Origin: Marsupella aquatica
Taxonomy: Eukaryota > Plantae > Marchantiophyta
Assembly: GCA_973895155.1 (NCBI GenBank)
Contig: OZ316896.1
Coordinates: 1,302,001-1,366,000 of the forward strand
DNA: 64,000 nucleotides
Reading direction: 5' to 3'
The notes under the pieces are model-generated. The model was not told the origin of the DNA. It was given only the letters and a program-made list of their open reading frames with translations, and made no database searches. The translations under genes and the position numbers were made by a program. Shown piece after piece: positions 1 to 14,600 of this stretch (within the stretch, counting starts at the first letter, position 1; every line of letters begins with the position of its first letter).

Positions 1-99
1 TCACCATCAGCAATATATTCCTGGATATTTCTGAGAATTGTCTTAGGAAGGCAGACCACCATTGGAGAATCTCTAACAAAAGGAGAGACCTGACATCAA

Positions 100-101
<2 letters not shown>

Positions 102-146
<45 letters not shown>
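102..146. repeat. (CT)n microsatellite
   Basis: Uninterrupted CT dinucleotide run of about 22 units. Confidence 0.95.
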
Positions 147-148
<2 letters not shown>

Positions 149-2390
149 TTGTTAACCCAATATGTTAGTTGGATGTTGCACATGTGCACGTTGTTCTTGA
201 GTATCAATTTGTTCGGGCTTGTTCATACTCAAATTATTGTTTGAGCTGAAAGCAGTTTTCATCTTTTCAAAGTTTCAGTGACTTTGGCTCCCAAGGACAT
301 TATATGTCAAATGTTGTTTTTTGTGTTGGAGATATTCACTTTTAAAATGGTGAAGTGTTTTGTAATGGCAACTTTCAAGACTTAAATGTTACTAGGTTGA
401 GAAAGTCTACAAATCTGGAATGCAATGTTGTGTCCCATTTTGGAATCTTTTGAGGAATTGTACTTTCGAGTAGAATTGTGATTTACCCCATGTTTTGCAA
501 AGTTCAAAACACAGTTTATTGTTTTGTCTATCATAGTGCTAACTTTCATTCTTCAAAACCAGAGTTTTTGAATATTGGCACCATTCAATGACTTCATTAT
601 GCACACTTATATTGAAGCCGGTCAATGAGGGGAGGCTAAGTTGCCTGATCTCAGTATTGTCAAGATATGGGTACATTGCACAAATCAAAGATGTCACATA
701 TCCTAGATCAGCTACCATACATGCTAGGCACGTAATTAAACTATTTGAAGTTCTGCCCTTTTGGTGTTTTCACACCACTAGTTGAAGAAATGATTTTGCA
801 AATGTCTGACTATCAAATTCAAAAGACGTTCCTCGTGCCCACATTTTATTTTTTGTTAGTTGGAAACTCTGGGCTGTTACTTGGGTGTAATGTTAATAAA
901 TGGAATGTTAGTTGGAAACCCTGGGCCGTTACTTGGGTGTAATATTAATAAATGGAACTCACCCTGGAATGGGATCATTTAAAGTCCACAAGAGCTGGCT
1001 GCATCTGGATGGATTGCACGAGATAGTCCAAGACATTCTTCCGCTCCAGTACACTTAAAACGACAAGCAAAACTTGTATGGGACACAATCTTCAATTTGA
1101 TTCTAAGAGTCGACAAGCAAAACTTGTATAGGACACAATCTTCAATTGATTCTAAGAGTCTCATTTATTGTCCATGATAGAACACTGACCATTATACCCA
1201 ATCATTTGGTGTCCACAACAAATTATGCAGAACCTGAATTCATATCACGACAGGACTATTATGAAAAGTATACAAGAATATGTGACTCGGTACAAATCAT
1301 TCCTAATGGTCTGAAAGTGACTTCCTCATCAGTAGCGAAACCGACACTTGTCGTAAACCAAACGCCTCTCATTTGGGAATGTTTCTCCACCCGTCAGTAT
1401 TGAAACCCTCAATTTCTTCCTGGGATGGCAGCCCATGAAAAAACAAGACTCCACACGAGGAAAACACGAAAGGCTACTCCAAACTATGACAGATTTCATT
1501 TGATTTTCTACTAAATGAATCTAAGTTCCATTTTGAGTCAAATTGACACGTACCCTCAATCAACGATTATGCATAAACTGGTAAATGAATTACGACCTCC
1601 CAGATGCTCTCTAGACACTGGTTTCAAGGCATAAGAGGAGTAAGCTTGGCAGATGTAAACCGTCTATCTAGAATATGAGAGACATGAATGTGCGCTGCGA
1701 GAGTACAACTTGGTCCTTCAGCATTCATTTTGCTGAAAGATCTGAATATTAAGATCATTTTGAAATATACAAGACTGATTTATCGACTGCTAGTAGAGCT
1801 TTGAATTCCATTTCCTTGTGATTTGCTCTAATAAAGAATTGTATGAGCCACTAGAAAGCAGCTATGTCTTTAATAATATGGGATTCAAGATCCCAAAAGC
1901 CTTGGTTGCTATCGAGCCTGACTGGCAATCATGTTTTGACGGGTGCAAAGTAAAGAAAAGGACACCTGGAGGTCTTGTGTGTAATTTTCCCGCGCACTCT
2001 TTGGGGGCTGCTGTAGACCATGAAGTTCACAACACGAGGATATAGAAGGCACCAAGGCTCATGCAATATCTCGTCAGTAGATGTCGCCATGCTCGGTCTT
2101 CACTCTATGAAGTCCAGTCAAATAACCCTACAAATTCCCAGCTACTTCTCTGCAAACCGATTGGGAATTGCACGAGATGTTCTTGGTATATTGGTCTAGG
2201 AAAAACATGGCACAAGTAAACAGTGCTTCAGCTCTCGTCCCTGCTGTGAAGAAAAAACTCACATCACAAAGAATGAACATCCAAAAGGGCGTCCAAGTTT
2301 GGTACCATTTTGCTGTAAATTGTGACCATCAGGGATGTCGGGTTAGTGAGTCGCTCGTCTGCATCCAAGATCCGTCGGTTGTTTTTCTTC

Positions 2391-5300
2391 TCAATATTCC
2401 TTATTGGTACCAGCGGTTAGGGAGGAGAAAAGGCCTGCTGCTTGTACAGGCAACATATCTCCAAAGGTAGAAATCGCTGCAGCACCCTTGCCCCTGAAGC
2501 GCTCAACCTGTCCATCACTTAGCAACCCCAGCTTCAACCCTTCTCCAAACCTGCTCCCGCCCCACTGTTGTCCACACAAATCAAGAATAAATTGTCATAA
2601 GTTTTTGTAGCAGCTGCTAATGCCAGAAGTTACAGACCACGTAACATTTTCAGTCGAATCCACTGTACACTCTCCTACGCAAACCAAACAAAACCAAACA
2701 AAACAAAACCAAACAAAACTAGATTAGAAACAGTAAATATCAAAGTAGACAACATTTTCGAGGGGGAATAGTGAACATACTTGTCCCATTAAAGACTTTA
2801 TCAGGGGTCTTGCACCAACAACTGATGACTCGCTCGGTGTATCTGCTCCATACTTGTAGCTGTCGTCGCCATTTTTGTAGCTATTCCATGGTCCTGAAGC
2901 ACTATCGTCCTGCGTCAAGGTCCTAGGATCCCTTGCACCTGAACCTCCACTGAGTGACAAGACGGGTGCACTGCATGTACATGAAAAACACATGAGGCCC
3001 CGTTACACAATTGCCCAGATATCCAATTGAACACGTGAGAATATTATGGTTCAGCGTACCTAGAGCTGCAGTTGAAATCAGACGTACTGAAGAAAATGAC
3101 AACAAATGATGACAGTCATTGAAGTAGATTCTTAGGAAAATACTATTGAAGAGAACATAAACCGCACTTCCCGCCAAAGCGCAGCCACAAGGTTATTTGA
3201 GCCTGCCAGTTGTCGGTATGGATGCTGAGCTCTGACCTGTGCTAGATGAAGTAGTTACTATTTGGCATGCGAGACATACCTGATTGGGAGGTACGTAAAT
3301 CTTGGAATTGCCCCAGCCATGTTCAAAGTGTTTGTGTCACCATGATTTGAGGGTGTAAGGGGAGTAGCAGTGTATAGCCGATTTAACTGTAGGAGAGAAC
3401 CAAATAGCACTGCACATCGCAGATAGTGACGCATTTCATTCGTCCACAAATGCGATTCATAGCTGTCTCCACCAATCAAGAACACAGTTAGTTAGAATTG
3501 CAAAACACGTCACACACACTCGTAATATCATGATGGTAAAGCGAGCTCAAAACGCTTACCGAAGAATGACAGCATCAAAAGGAGGGCACACAAATTGAAA
3601 CGTAAACGAACTAAAAGCGTCTACAATTGTCTATCAGATGAAACTCACTTCCAAGTCAGGAGCAACACAGCAGTCTGCCAATAACACTTCTTCAAGACCC
3701 ATTTTAACTTAAGTGGGGAGGAATAAACTTCCACAAAGATTAACAGATCCGGGAACAAACATAACGGTAAAGAAAGGAGAGAGACGCGAACGCAGGCTAG
3801 GAATGGCATTACCATCACATGCAACCAACACCTTTTGAGAACTTCAAGGTAAGACGACCCCAGAATTGCAGCTACCTACATTTTCTAAAACAACCTGATC
3901 AAAACTGACTCAGGAAGCAAGCACACATTTCAACACTTCACAGACAATTCATCACTGAAACCGTGAACATTAACCAGCCACACAAAGTAGAACTACCAAG
4001 GTACCAATTTCAGTTATTCTTTCCAATAGTGATAAAACTAATGTAAAAATAGGTTCTCAACTGCAGGAAGAGACTTACGTGGCCCAATCGATAGGATCCA
4101 ATTTGGCTATAACTGCCGATAGCAGAGTTGTTACCCTCTTTTTCATGGCTTGTGCAGATGCATCTGGTTGCAAAGGTACCACTTTACTACGGGTTCCAGC
4201 ACCAAGGCCAAGCTCGTTTACTTTATCTTCGTCCAAATCCTGTGAAGTGACATCTTGACCGCCAGACAAAACATCACCCAGAAATCGAATATCAAACAGG
4301 AGCTGCAGTAGGCCTTTTTCCGAAACTCGGGTGCTGAACACCAACGGATCCGACAGAAAAGTTTCATATGAAGACAGAATCTGTCACAAAAGCCAGTCAT
4401 TAGCGTGTTGACCAAAACGAAATAAAAATATTGTCAGTCCAATCAACACGATGAGCATAAGGCTTTGATATTGTATGAGAACTGGCATCCAGAATTACAC
4501 ATCAGGTGCACAGATGAAAGCAAAATATCAAGAGGAAAATGACGAGCTTGTTTGCAATTGCAACGGGGCCAATTTATACCTTGTCACATAGCCTATAAGC
4601 AAAGAGTTTCAGAACAGCTCTATCCAGAACATGGCCTCCAACTCGATAAATTTCCTGACATCCGGCAAAAAGTATGGAGACTGCGTATGGAGATGGCATA
4701 GCTGGCAAAGCTAACTTCATTTCAACTTTACACCCGCTTTCTTCTTCCTGGGGTAATACAGTGTCCTCCCATCCCTGGAGACAACGAAGGAGAACGACTT
4801 ATTAGGGTCCGATGTTCAACAAAGGCAGCTTATCGGTGAGAAAAGGAAACCGCTCTACAAGGATGTGGAAAAAGGTGTGATCGTACCTTCAGAGATGTCG
4901 AAGTAGACAGGTAATCATCGTTCGCAAGGTCTCTGTAGAACGACTTTGCCAGCTCTTCAGCACTCCAAGAAGCCCAAATTGAGTGGGCATCAATACTCTT
5001 TTGCCTCAACATACGCTGGAGCTCCCTCAGTTTTGGAGAACTATCACCATTGCCTATGTTACCAGTCTTTCCCTTCTTTGAATACCATCTGTCATTGCTA
5101 TCAAAGGCAACCAGATCTCGCCCAGAAGAGGAATTTTTGCTTCCTAGCAGCCCTGCTGATCCCTTAAGAGAAACAGCCTTCAGACGAGCACTCCACTGAG
5201 ATTGTGATCCAAAAATGATGGGGAGGTAGCATGCCTGCTGACCAAGGGCTGCAGAAAGTCTGCCAAGAAAGAGTGCTTTTTCCACTAAGATGGATGCCTC

Positions 5301-7244
5301 CAAGGCATTACTTGTATTTGATTCCAAAGACCCATCATTAGAGTTCTTCACCGTAGAATCTACTTGTTTGGAACTTTCCGTGCCCTCTTTCATGTTCTCA
5401 GAAAGCTCCGCAAGCCTATCAATCAGCACCTTAACTATGGTTGTCATACAAAGACGACACCGTTCCTGTATGTAAGATGCCAGTTCATCTGTCCTAGACG
5501 AACTTTGGGGTCCTTGAAAAAAGCATAACGAATCCTCAAGTACGTCCCTTAATCTTTCATCGACTCGGTCCTTCAGTTTGGTCACGTCAGAACTGAAGAA
5601 GGATGAATATGACTCTCTCTCATCTACCATAGACTTCCATACTGATCCACCGCTCGCAAACCTTGAAAAAGAGCCCAAACTCTCCCCTCCTCGTCCACTG
5701 CTGCCCCTACCTTTTTCCTTCGATTGCCTTTTGCCAACTTGCAAACTAAAACCTTCAACAACCGAATTCCCGGAACTAGAAAGAACTTCATCCAAAACGT
5801 CATCAATGCTGATACTTTGAAAGCCCGCATCAATGACCTCTTTCATTCTACTCACAAACATGCTCTCAAAAAGTACCTCCCATAAACTCGTCGGTTCCTT
5901 GAGAAGAAGCTCACAGAGACAATCCCAAGGAGAATCGAAGGAACTGCCAAAAGCACTCTTCAACCACTCTAAGCTCTCACCTAGAGCAGCCTGCTTTGCA
6001 AGGTCTTCTCTGACCACGCGCTCAATTTGTGCCAATTCCTTGCCCGTCTTAACATGTTGAAGTAACAACTTACCCTCGACACTGATTTCTCCAGCGCACT
6101 TTCCCAACCACGAAATGCAAGACTCAGTTATTGATTTCGCTGAAAGAGGCACCATGCTCATTTCCAATTTCTCCCGGTGAGCCTTCCAAATCCCAACTTC
6201 CCTCTCAGGGTAAGGAATGCCCCCAAACAGCTGGGATCCGGGAGGTGCTGTCAGCAGAGTACTGAAGAGCAGAGGCATTTTCCCAGACACTTTAAGAAAG
6301 AGCTCCCCCACGTGACATAAAGAGGCTTGAATCATATGCCCCAGCTGACACAAGTATGCCGCTATGCTATCTGGGTCGGATGCGGATGATCCAGTCACCG
6401 TCGCCTTCTCCCCTTTTCGCAGAAGATCTGCAATTCCAGTCTCTCCTCCGCTCCGGCTGCTATTTCTTTTGTGAAACTTACTGCCTGCCTTGCCTGCTAT
6501 GCCAGTGCCAGAAATGGCAGAGCGGAGGTGTACCCTGAGCCACATCCTTCTCGTTTCAAGAAAGAGGGAGAAAATCTGAGCGGCAGGAAGCTCCTCAATA
6601 ATCCCGATTGCAGCCAGAGCAATTGCGTAATCCCCCACTTTCAAGCCCGGTTCTTGCAGCCGATCCCTGCTCCTCTGAGGGATCTGCCCCCGGAAAGTCT
6701 CCACTAGCGGCCATTGATGCCTCAGAAGAGGAAAAGTGGCAAACAGCTCGCTGCTCTCTACCGGGGTGGCGGTGAGCAGAGAATGTACCTCCTTGGCCCT
6801 CAAATACCTTTCGGATCCCTCCAGATACATATGCTCATCAAGACATCCCCAAATCTTCTCCGGTGTGTCTACCAGATACTTTACTCGGCCCCCGAGGCCA
6901 AAAAGACTCTCCCTCTTTAGCCTCTCTTTGGCAGATTCAGACGAGACGCTGCTCAAGCTGATCGAACTCTTTACAGAGTCAAATCCAACTTCCATTTTTT
7001 GAATATTATCCGACACCGCCTCGCATGACTGCCGCATCAAGAGGATCGAGTCGGCAGATTCGATCAGGTCACGGTAGCTGGCTCCCACCAGCTGCCGCAG
7101 CTCTTCTTTTTTCTCCTCGATTTCTTTGCGTGTCTGCACCTCCACCTCCCTGATCTCCACCACACTACGCGTCTCGAAGAGTGCCTCGGCATTCCGGTCG
7201 TTGACATCTTCGGTGCCCTTCTGTTGATACCTCCCGCCCCTCAT
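2391..7244 (-). CDS. COG1: Conserved oligomeric Golgi complex subunit 1, about 6 exons (approx. 7244-4887, 4774-4580, 4380-4079, 3462-3280, 2970-2781, 2564-2391)
   Basis: Vps51/COG1-type N-terminus '[47 protein letters not shown]' and '[17 protein letters not shown]'. Later exons give '[13 protein letters not shown]', '[10 protein letters not shown]', '[13 protein letters not shown]' and '[11 protein letters not shown]', joined by GT-AG introns. Confidence 0.9.
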
Positions 7245-10200
7245 CTCGTCCGCCCTTGCCCTTCCACCTTGAACGACCGCTGAAAGAGAAGGAGGGAGGG
7301 TGGCAGAACTGTAAACACGAATCCAACCTTCTAAAACCTGGATCGACCTGAAAATCTACTCCTTAATACAAATAGCGACGTAACGCTGCGAGATCCAGAA
7401 GAAAAACAGGCAACCACGGGCGTTGCTCCTGTTTCCACCATCGTCCACTGCTTCCGCTCCAGTCCGGGCTCCTCAAACCACCAATGCCACCGGATCACCG
7501 CCAGGGATCACCACAAAGAGTCATCTACAAGGCCGGGGTTCTGACCAATGTCGCCATCGGGGCATCTACGCTAAGATTATTGCAGAGGTCTCACACCAGA
7601 CCACCCGGTCCGTCCCCACTCCACCATGCGAGTGCCATACTTCCAGACTCCTCTCAGTGAGTGAGCGTACGACATCTCACGTGAGCACAAGGAACAACAA
7701 ACCCTTCGTTGACATGACAAAAACGTTCACAACACAGGAATGATTCATTCACCTCATCAGCAGAGATCGAGATCTGGTGCAGGGCAGCAATTGCTGACGG
7801 AGGACTCAAATCCGGCTCTATCCCACGGCATTGAAGCTCCAGCATGCCGACGACGAATCCATATCGGCGGTCCCCCTCCGATCACCCGATCCAGAGCAGG
7901 CCAAGCAGCAGCAGGGAGCAGGAGCAGGAGGAGGAGGAGGACGGAGGGGGGACCGCCCCCATGCTCGATCAAGCTTCTTCAGAAATCAAGCAGGCCCCAC
8001 GTTGTCGAGACGGGAACCCTCATTCAGACGAATCCTTCAAGACACTCGATTCAAGACAATCTTTCGTTCTCGCGAAGAGTACAGTAGTGGACTCACAAGA
8101 GTCTTGAGGATTTCACGCTACAATAATATTGACACAATCCGTCTGAATGGCAGGCGAGGAAATCGAGCAATGTACGAGACAGTGTTGCGTTCCGATGGAA
8201 CCAGACCCACACTCTGTTCCTAATTTAATAATTTAGCTGTGATCGACTGGACTGCTCGTAGCTATGGAGGTCGTCCAGGAGTCCAACTCAGTGTATTTGT
8301 TAAGGTTTTGTTAAGGTTTTGTTAAGGTTTAGTTCTTTGTTGCCAGAGCGGCGAATGTCACTTAGTGTGTAAGTACAAGTTGCTAAGAATCTTTCCTCAT
8401 CTAATTTTACTCAATTATTTCTCACCTTTAGGTCTCCCTAAACTTATGGATATTGGTCAGGTTTTCCTTAAATAATGTTTAGGGTGGGAAAGTCTGCTTA
8501 TTTCTTGCCAGATTGCCAAATGTCATCAAATACAAGATGCTAGGAATGTTACTTATTTAATTTTACACATTAATTTCACACCTTCTTAGATTTAAGGATG
8601 ATGGTCAGATTATCCTTAACTAATGATAGGGTGAGAAATTGGTTGTTTTTCTGTCTTGCCAGGCCAATGTCACCAAGTACAACATGCTAAGATATTCCTT
8701 ATATAAGTTTACTCATTCATTTATCACCTTTAGATCACCCTAGAATTGAGGATAATGGTCAGATTCTGATATGGGGGGTCTGTCGCTTAGTGCAAAAGTG
8801 GTTTATCATAGACAGTAAACCTGTCTAATTTTTGCCAAAATTGGTAAAAACTTTCTAGTTGGGTGGAATTTTGCTCATTTTTGCACTTACAGAATTGGCT
8901 GGTCCAGCACCAACAATAGCAACAGAATTGAGCTATAAGCTAGGATGAGATTCCCATCCACAACCTGTTTCTCCTATAGGATTCTTAAGCTCACAAGGGA
9001 TCTCTGAAAATTTGTATTTCAACTACTGTAGGAGTATATGAATTAAGAAATAAAGAGTTTGACTTTCATATGAAGAGCATACTTATGGTCACATTCGTTT
9101 TCGCCGTTTTTCAGTCGTTTTTCTGCGATTTTTGTTTTCCTTTCGACGGTCATATCTTGGTCAATCTTTCACGGATTTCAGGTTTCTGAAGTGCTTTGTA
9201 TAGCTCTTCTCCGGGAGAATCAGATTGATCCCAAGAACGGTCCAATTGGTCTCCTATTGCCCCGATTGGACTTTGATTAGCTCTCACGTTTTTTCTTCAA
9301 TTTCCACCATTCTCACTTTCAATTAGCTTTGGGGTCCTGTAGCAATTCCTCGTTCACGGAATCCGGCATTCTCATGTGATTTGGCCAGCTCTTGTCCGGG
9401 AGTGCAACATCTATCCCTACCGCGGTCCTTTTGGTGACATATCAACCACTTTCGGCTTCGATTACGATTCTGATTTACTCCTCCATTTTTGGTGACGGTT
9501 TCCCTTGATCAGCTTTGGAGCATTCCTGTATTGCCACGTTTCTCCTCCGATTGGTGGTTGCCTTTCTTCTTCAGTTCTGACAAGGTGGCTTTTGCCAAGT
9601 TTAGTGGACCAGTTTGCATTCCACCATCTTTGGGAGCTGTAGCAGCACGCTCAAATCAGCGGAGAGATATTCACTCGCACCGACTCCTCAACGGACACAT
9701 CGACGAGTGCTCCAACTTTGTTCCCGGCTGTGCCTGCACGTGCTCAACGGTTTTCTAGGCTAGCGGTGGCGCCGTTTCTCGGATTTTGACGCGGTGGGCT
9801 CTCTCCATAGCCTTCCCTTTCTTTTCACATGTCTTGGTTGGGCCATTTGTCGCTTCTTGCTGCGCTTTTGCTTTTATCGGGTTGCGACCTGTCATGTCAA
9901 CGTTGAGAGTGTTGGCGCGGGGCAAGCGCCCAGCCCCCCCCACACAGTTCTCCCCCCTCCTCCCCCTGCCTCGTGGTTGCCTTCGTGTTTGCTCTTCTTC
10001 ATTGGATCTCTCTCATCTTCGTGATGACCCCATGCCCGATGCTCTGCCAGCCCCCCAGTCTACTGCCCACCCCATCGACGCCTTGGCTCCTCTCCCCACC
10101 CCATACCCCCTCCACCCCTCCAGCATCCCCCTCCGGCCTCTTCATCCACGTCGGTTCCCCCCCACCTCCTGTCCAGTCGTTCCCTGCTCCCTCCCCAGAC

Positions 10201-11655
10201 GAGCGTCCCCTACATACTTGTCCTGAGTGTGGCTGGGTTGGCCTCTCCCTTCCTCATCACCGTGGACGGGGCCGGTGCCAACGTCGCCAACAAGCACAAT
10301 CCCAGCCCCAGCCCCCTCTTGACCCAGTTAGCTCTGCCCCTCCTTCCTTGGAGGCTTCCGAGCAGGCATGGAGTTGGGTTCGCTCTCTAGACCCCCTTCC
10401 AGCCTACCATCCAGGGTACATTAGACCTCGCCTTTATAACCACATCCCACTAGCGTTGCGCCCACTAGTTCGGTCATCCTTGTTACAACTCATGCAGCTT
10501 ATCTTGGCGCATCCTATCGAGGTCTCCTATTGGTCTTTACTCATGTTTTTTCCATAGTGGACTCTTACCCTCCCTAGTCACGGTGGTCGCGTGGGTCACC
10601 GTGAGACTGCCTCTCATATCCATCGTTTTCTGCGAGGAGATTGGGAACAGCTTTAGGAAGAGTACTTTCTTCGAGCCCGTTCCTTTACTACCTATGCTTT
10701 GACTGACCCAGCTCGCCACTCTCATCCTCCAGAGCATAGACGCCTTCGTCGCTCTTGTCGTTTAGCCCAGGCTGGTGAATATCGTCGTACGGTCTAGGCC
10801 CTTTCTCCCACCACACCAGCCCCCCCTAGCGAGGTCACCTTGACGGCCCTTCAGGATCTCCATCCGCAGCCCTATGATCAGCTCCCTTTGTTCATGGAGG
10901 ATTTTGAGCCTGAGGAGGATCTTCAGTTTAGTAGGGACCACTTCACCTATGCTTTCCTCCATGCTCCGCGTTGTGCGGCTGGTGGCCCCTCTGGCTATGT
11001 CTTTGAGCATTTTTGTGATTTATTCCCCCCTGAGGATCCTCAGTCTGGTTTTCCAGTTTTCTTCTCCTTTTGCCAGTGTATTGCTGCCGGCCGTTTTCCT
11101 CCTCCCGTCTCTTGGCTTTTGAGTGCTTCTCGTTTATTGGCCATGGCTAAGTCTTCACCGGGTGTTTGGCCCATAGCGATTGGAGGGGTTTTTCTTCGTT
11201 TGGTGTCTCGCACACTTTCATCGCAGTAGCTCTGCACTATCGGATCATCTCTCTCCACATCAGTTTGGAGTGGGCGTTCCTAGCGGTTGTGAGACAGTTA
11301 TTGCGGGTATTCGTACTACCTTGGACCTCCACCCTGATTGGGTTGTCCTCCAGGTTGATGTCTCCAATGCTTTCAATACGGTTTCTCGGGCAGCAATTTT
11401 TTGTGCTTTGAGGGCAGCGGATCCAGACATCCAGTCCCTTATCCCCTTTGTCCGTTGTTTTTATGGGTTCGAGGCCCCCCTCTTCTATAGTCATCACACC
11501 TCTACAGGAGTGTATACCACTCTTTCTTCTGCAGAAGGTACACGTCAGGGTGACCCTTTGGGTGGGCCTCTTTTTGCCATTGCCCATTTTACTGCTTTAC
11601 GGGAAGCCTCCGCGGCCCACCCCCAGTGTATCTTCCCCTCCCTTTCAGATGTCAC

Positions 11656-14600
11656 TCTGGTGCGTTCCATGGCTCCCTAAACCCAAGAAACCCCCCAGCT
11701 CAAGCCGATTCCCGCAGGTTTCACGCTTGGCGAGGCCGTTTCCGCGGCTTAGCGGCATGGGACGCTGCTAACCTTCTACTACTACTATTAACATTTTACA
11801 CACATATACTGGACAGATCCTTCATCGGGTCATGAGATACGTAGCCGGCCTAATCTAGGCCTTCCCTCGTCTTCCCCTCCGTCTTGTTAGGTATGTTTGG
11901 ATTCCGCCGCCGGAATGATCCCCAATAGGCTTGGTTAAGCCGCTAAGACCTCTCTCAGCTCGACACATCCAACTCTCACTCCCCTGCTTACTTTCCTTCC
12001 TTCTAGTTGATGTGGGCACTCTTCACACAAGTTAATGCGACACACAAATAGCAAAATGACTCATTATGACTGAGTCATACCATGCACTTGCCATACAAAC
12101 AGTACATCTCATACACAAGCTCTGCGAACTAAGCCGTGAGGCCAACTCTATTCAGCTCTTAGGCATGAGGAAACATGAATATACACAAGGGTCACTGTAT
12201 GACTAACCGAGAGCTTCTCTTACTACTTGAGCCCAGCCCGGCTGGTGCAAACTAAAAACTTGCTAAAGAAGAGGCCCTGAGCTCCCCGCTGCCCAGGTAC
12301 TTATCCTGGTAGTGGATCCGCCTAATTCTTTGCAGCGTAAGCCTAATCTACCTAACAGTAATCTACCTGCCCAAAACTACCTATGTACAGCAAGGCAGGA
12401 GCACAAGTGTTGCTCCTACCAGTGGAACCGCAATCCCACTAAGCTAAGTGTCAGGGCCGCTCCTGGTCCTGATCCTAATCCTAAACTTGGAGATCAGCGC
12501 CCGCCCTGCCCACTCATGCCTCCTCCCTCCACGTCCGCCCTTCCTAAAAGGAACGACGCCCTTGCACCGTCACGACACCGGTGGTGGATCCTCAATGGAC
12601 GCCCCCAACGCTTCCTCCTCAGCCACTGCCGTAGGTTCGTTTTCTGACAGATTACCTGCCCTTGACTGAGTCAACTCTCCATCGGCCTGACTGGGTCCAC
12701 CATCGGCGTCGGCATCGGCTCGAGAATCATTCTCGGCTACGGCCTCAGCCTCGGCTACGGTTTCCCCGGCTTGCTCAAGAGGCGGATCTGGGATACCGGC
12801 CTCATGATTGAGTAGTTCGGCTTGGGCCGCACCTTCCCCACCCTTGGTGATAGCGGGATCTATTGCCGTGTTCATGCCGGAGGTTGGTGTTGGGTCTACC
12901 TCCTTGGTCACCACGGCCAGTGGAGTCGTATTACTCCTTGACCCTGAAGGTTTCCGCTTCTTCTTCTTTTCTGGTTCGGCAGCTGGTCCCTTCCCCTTCC
13001 CACTTACTTCCGGCACTGGTGCAGGTGGCGCGGCTTTTTCTTCGGCCAATACCACTCCTGGTAACTTGGTTGCCCCAATTGGAGTTGGGCCTGATGAAGA
13101 CAAGCACTTAAATACTGCGGCTTGTTTCTTCAGCCGCTCTGTTTGGTTGTCGGCCCACCGCTGGAGGTTCTCCATCTTCCTCGTGATTTCCTCCAACTCC
13201 TCCTGGGTCTCATCCAGGTCCTTGCGCGCCTCCTCTAGTTCCTTCTGGGCTTCCTCCCGTTCTTTCTTCAAGGTAGCCCTCTCCTCCCGGGTTGCTCTTA
13301 GCTCCTTGTCGAGCTCTGCAATGATGACAGACTCCATCTGATTCATCTTGGCGTAAGTCTGATCCAGCATCTCGTCCTTCTCCCTTAGGTCGGCCTTGAA
13401 GCTGGCCGTCAAGGACGCAAGCTCCTGCTGCAGCGCCATAATCCCTTGATAGGATTTTCCTAACTCGACCTCCTCTGCTCAAGGGCTCCGCGGATTTTCT
13501 CGAGCTCCCCCTTCAACACCCATTCCTTTCTTTGGGTCTCCGCCATCGCCCGGCTGTTGGCTGTTATGTGGGCCTCCTCTGCATTCCTCAGCTCTCGCTT
13601 CCACTTCTCCCTCTCTTTGATCGTATCGGCCAACTCTCCCTGCGTCTGAGTCAGTTTATCCTTGATATTCTGATTATCAGCCTGCGCGGTGTCCAACTGC
13701 CCCTGCATGATGTTCAGCTCATGCCGTTTAATCCGCAGTTCATCTTGGGCTTTCTTGGCCGCCCTTAGATCTTCAATCTCGGCTTCCATCCTCCTAAGCC
13801 GTCGAATGACCTCGTCCTTCTTGCTTCTCTCTAAAGCCACCACTTCTTCTAACTGGTGCTTCTCCAACTGCTCCCTATGGAAAAAGGGTCCTACCTCCAA
13901 CTCCTCTCCAAAGATGCCGAGCGCAAGTTCCCCACACATCTCACCATACTCCATGGCTCTATTCTTAGCGTAGGTGGAGTAAGTAGAAGTGATCGGCATC
14001 GCCCATCGCGGCCTCTGCTCCCAAGCCGTCTTGCGGATCTCTTCAATTGTGGCTAGAGGTTTGCTTCCTTTTTCGGCTAGCCGCCTGATGTCCTCCGGCC
14101 AATCTCCTCCTGGCAAATCCTTTTCCCTGGCCAGGGCTGCCTTCTCTTCCTGCCTGATTCGCTCCTGAAATTCCTGCGTCGTCTGTTTTATGCCGTCAAA
14201 GCTCGGGGGAGCAACATCTGGTGGGGGAGACTCAGGGCTACTCTGCTGGTTGGGGTCCCCTCGTACTACCCTTGGAAGTGTGGGGACAAACCGGCCACAG
14301 GTCCTTACTCCTGGAACGTGATGGTCCGACCCATAGCCGGAGTTATCATGGCTGCAGTCCTCCACTGCCTCCTCTACTTCTTGGACTTCCGGCTTCTCCC
14401 TCTCCTCTTCGACCGTAGGAGCTTCAGGCAATTTAGCCTCAGATTCAGAGCTTGAGACTCCCACATACATTCGAACACCTGGCTTGGATTTCGGCCTGAT
14501 TCTCTCCTTGTCTCCAGCAAAGGGGTTTTCTCTTGTGAGCCGGTGTAGGCCTACCTCTGGAGTAGTGTCCTGCATTGTTGCCGTTGCCGTTGCCGATGCC

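Noticed and set aside
857-1160. Short direct duplications near the window start (similar ones at 8430-8770, 27003-27160 and 56660-56790)
   Set aside because: Ordinary local slippage duplications with no further structure.
7423-8223. Overlapping short ORFs upstream of COG1, including a poly-Leu signal-peptide-like one
   Set aside because: They arise from GC-rich GGA/GCA low-complexity leader sequence and have no recognisable domain.
11658-11670. tRNA primer-binding site TGGTGCGTTCC at the left end of the insertion
   Set aside because: Only about 8 nt resemble a tRNA-Gly 3' end from memory, there is no upstream LTR, and the TSD abuts it directly.
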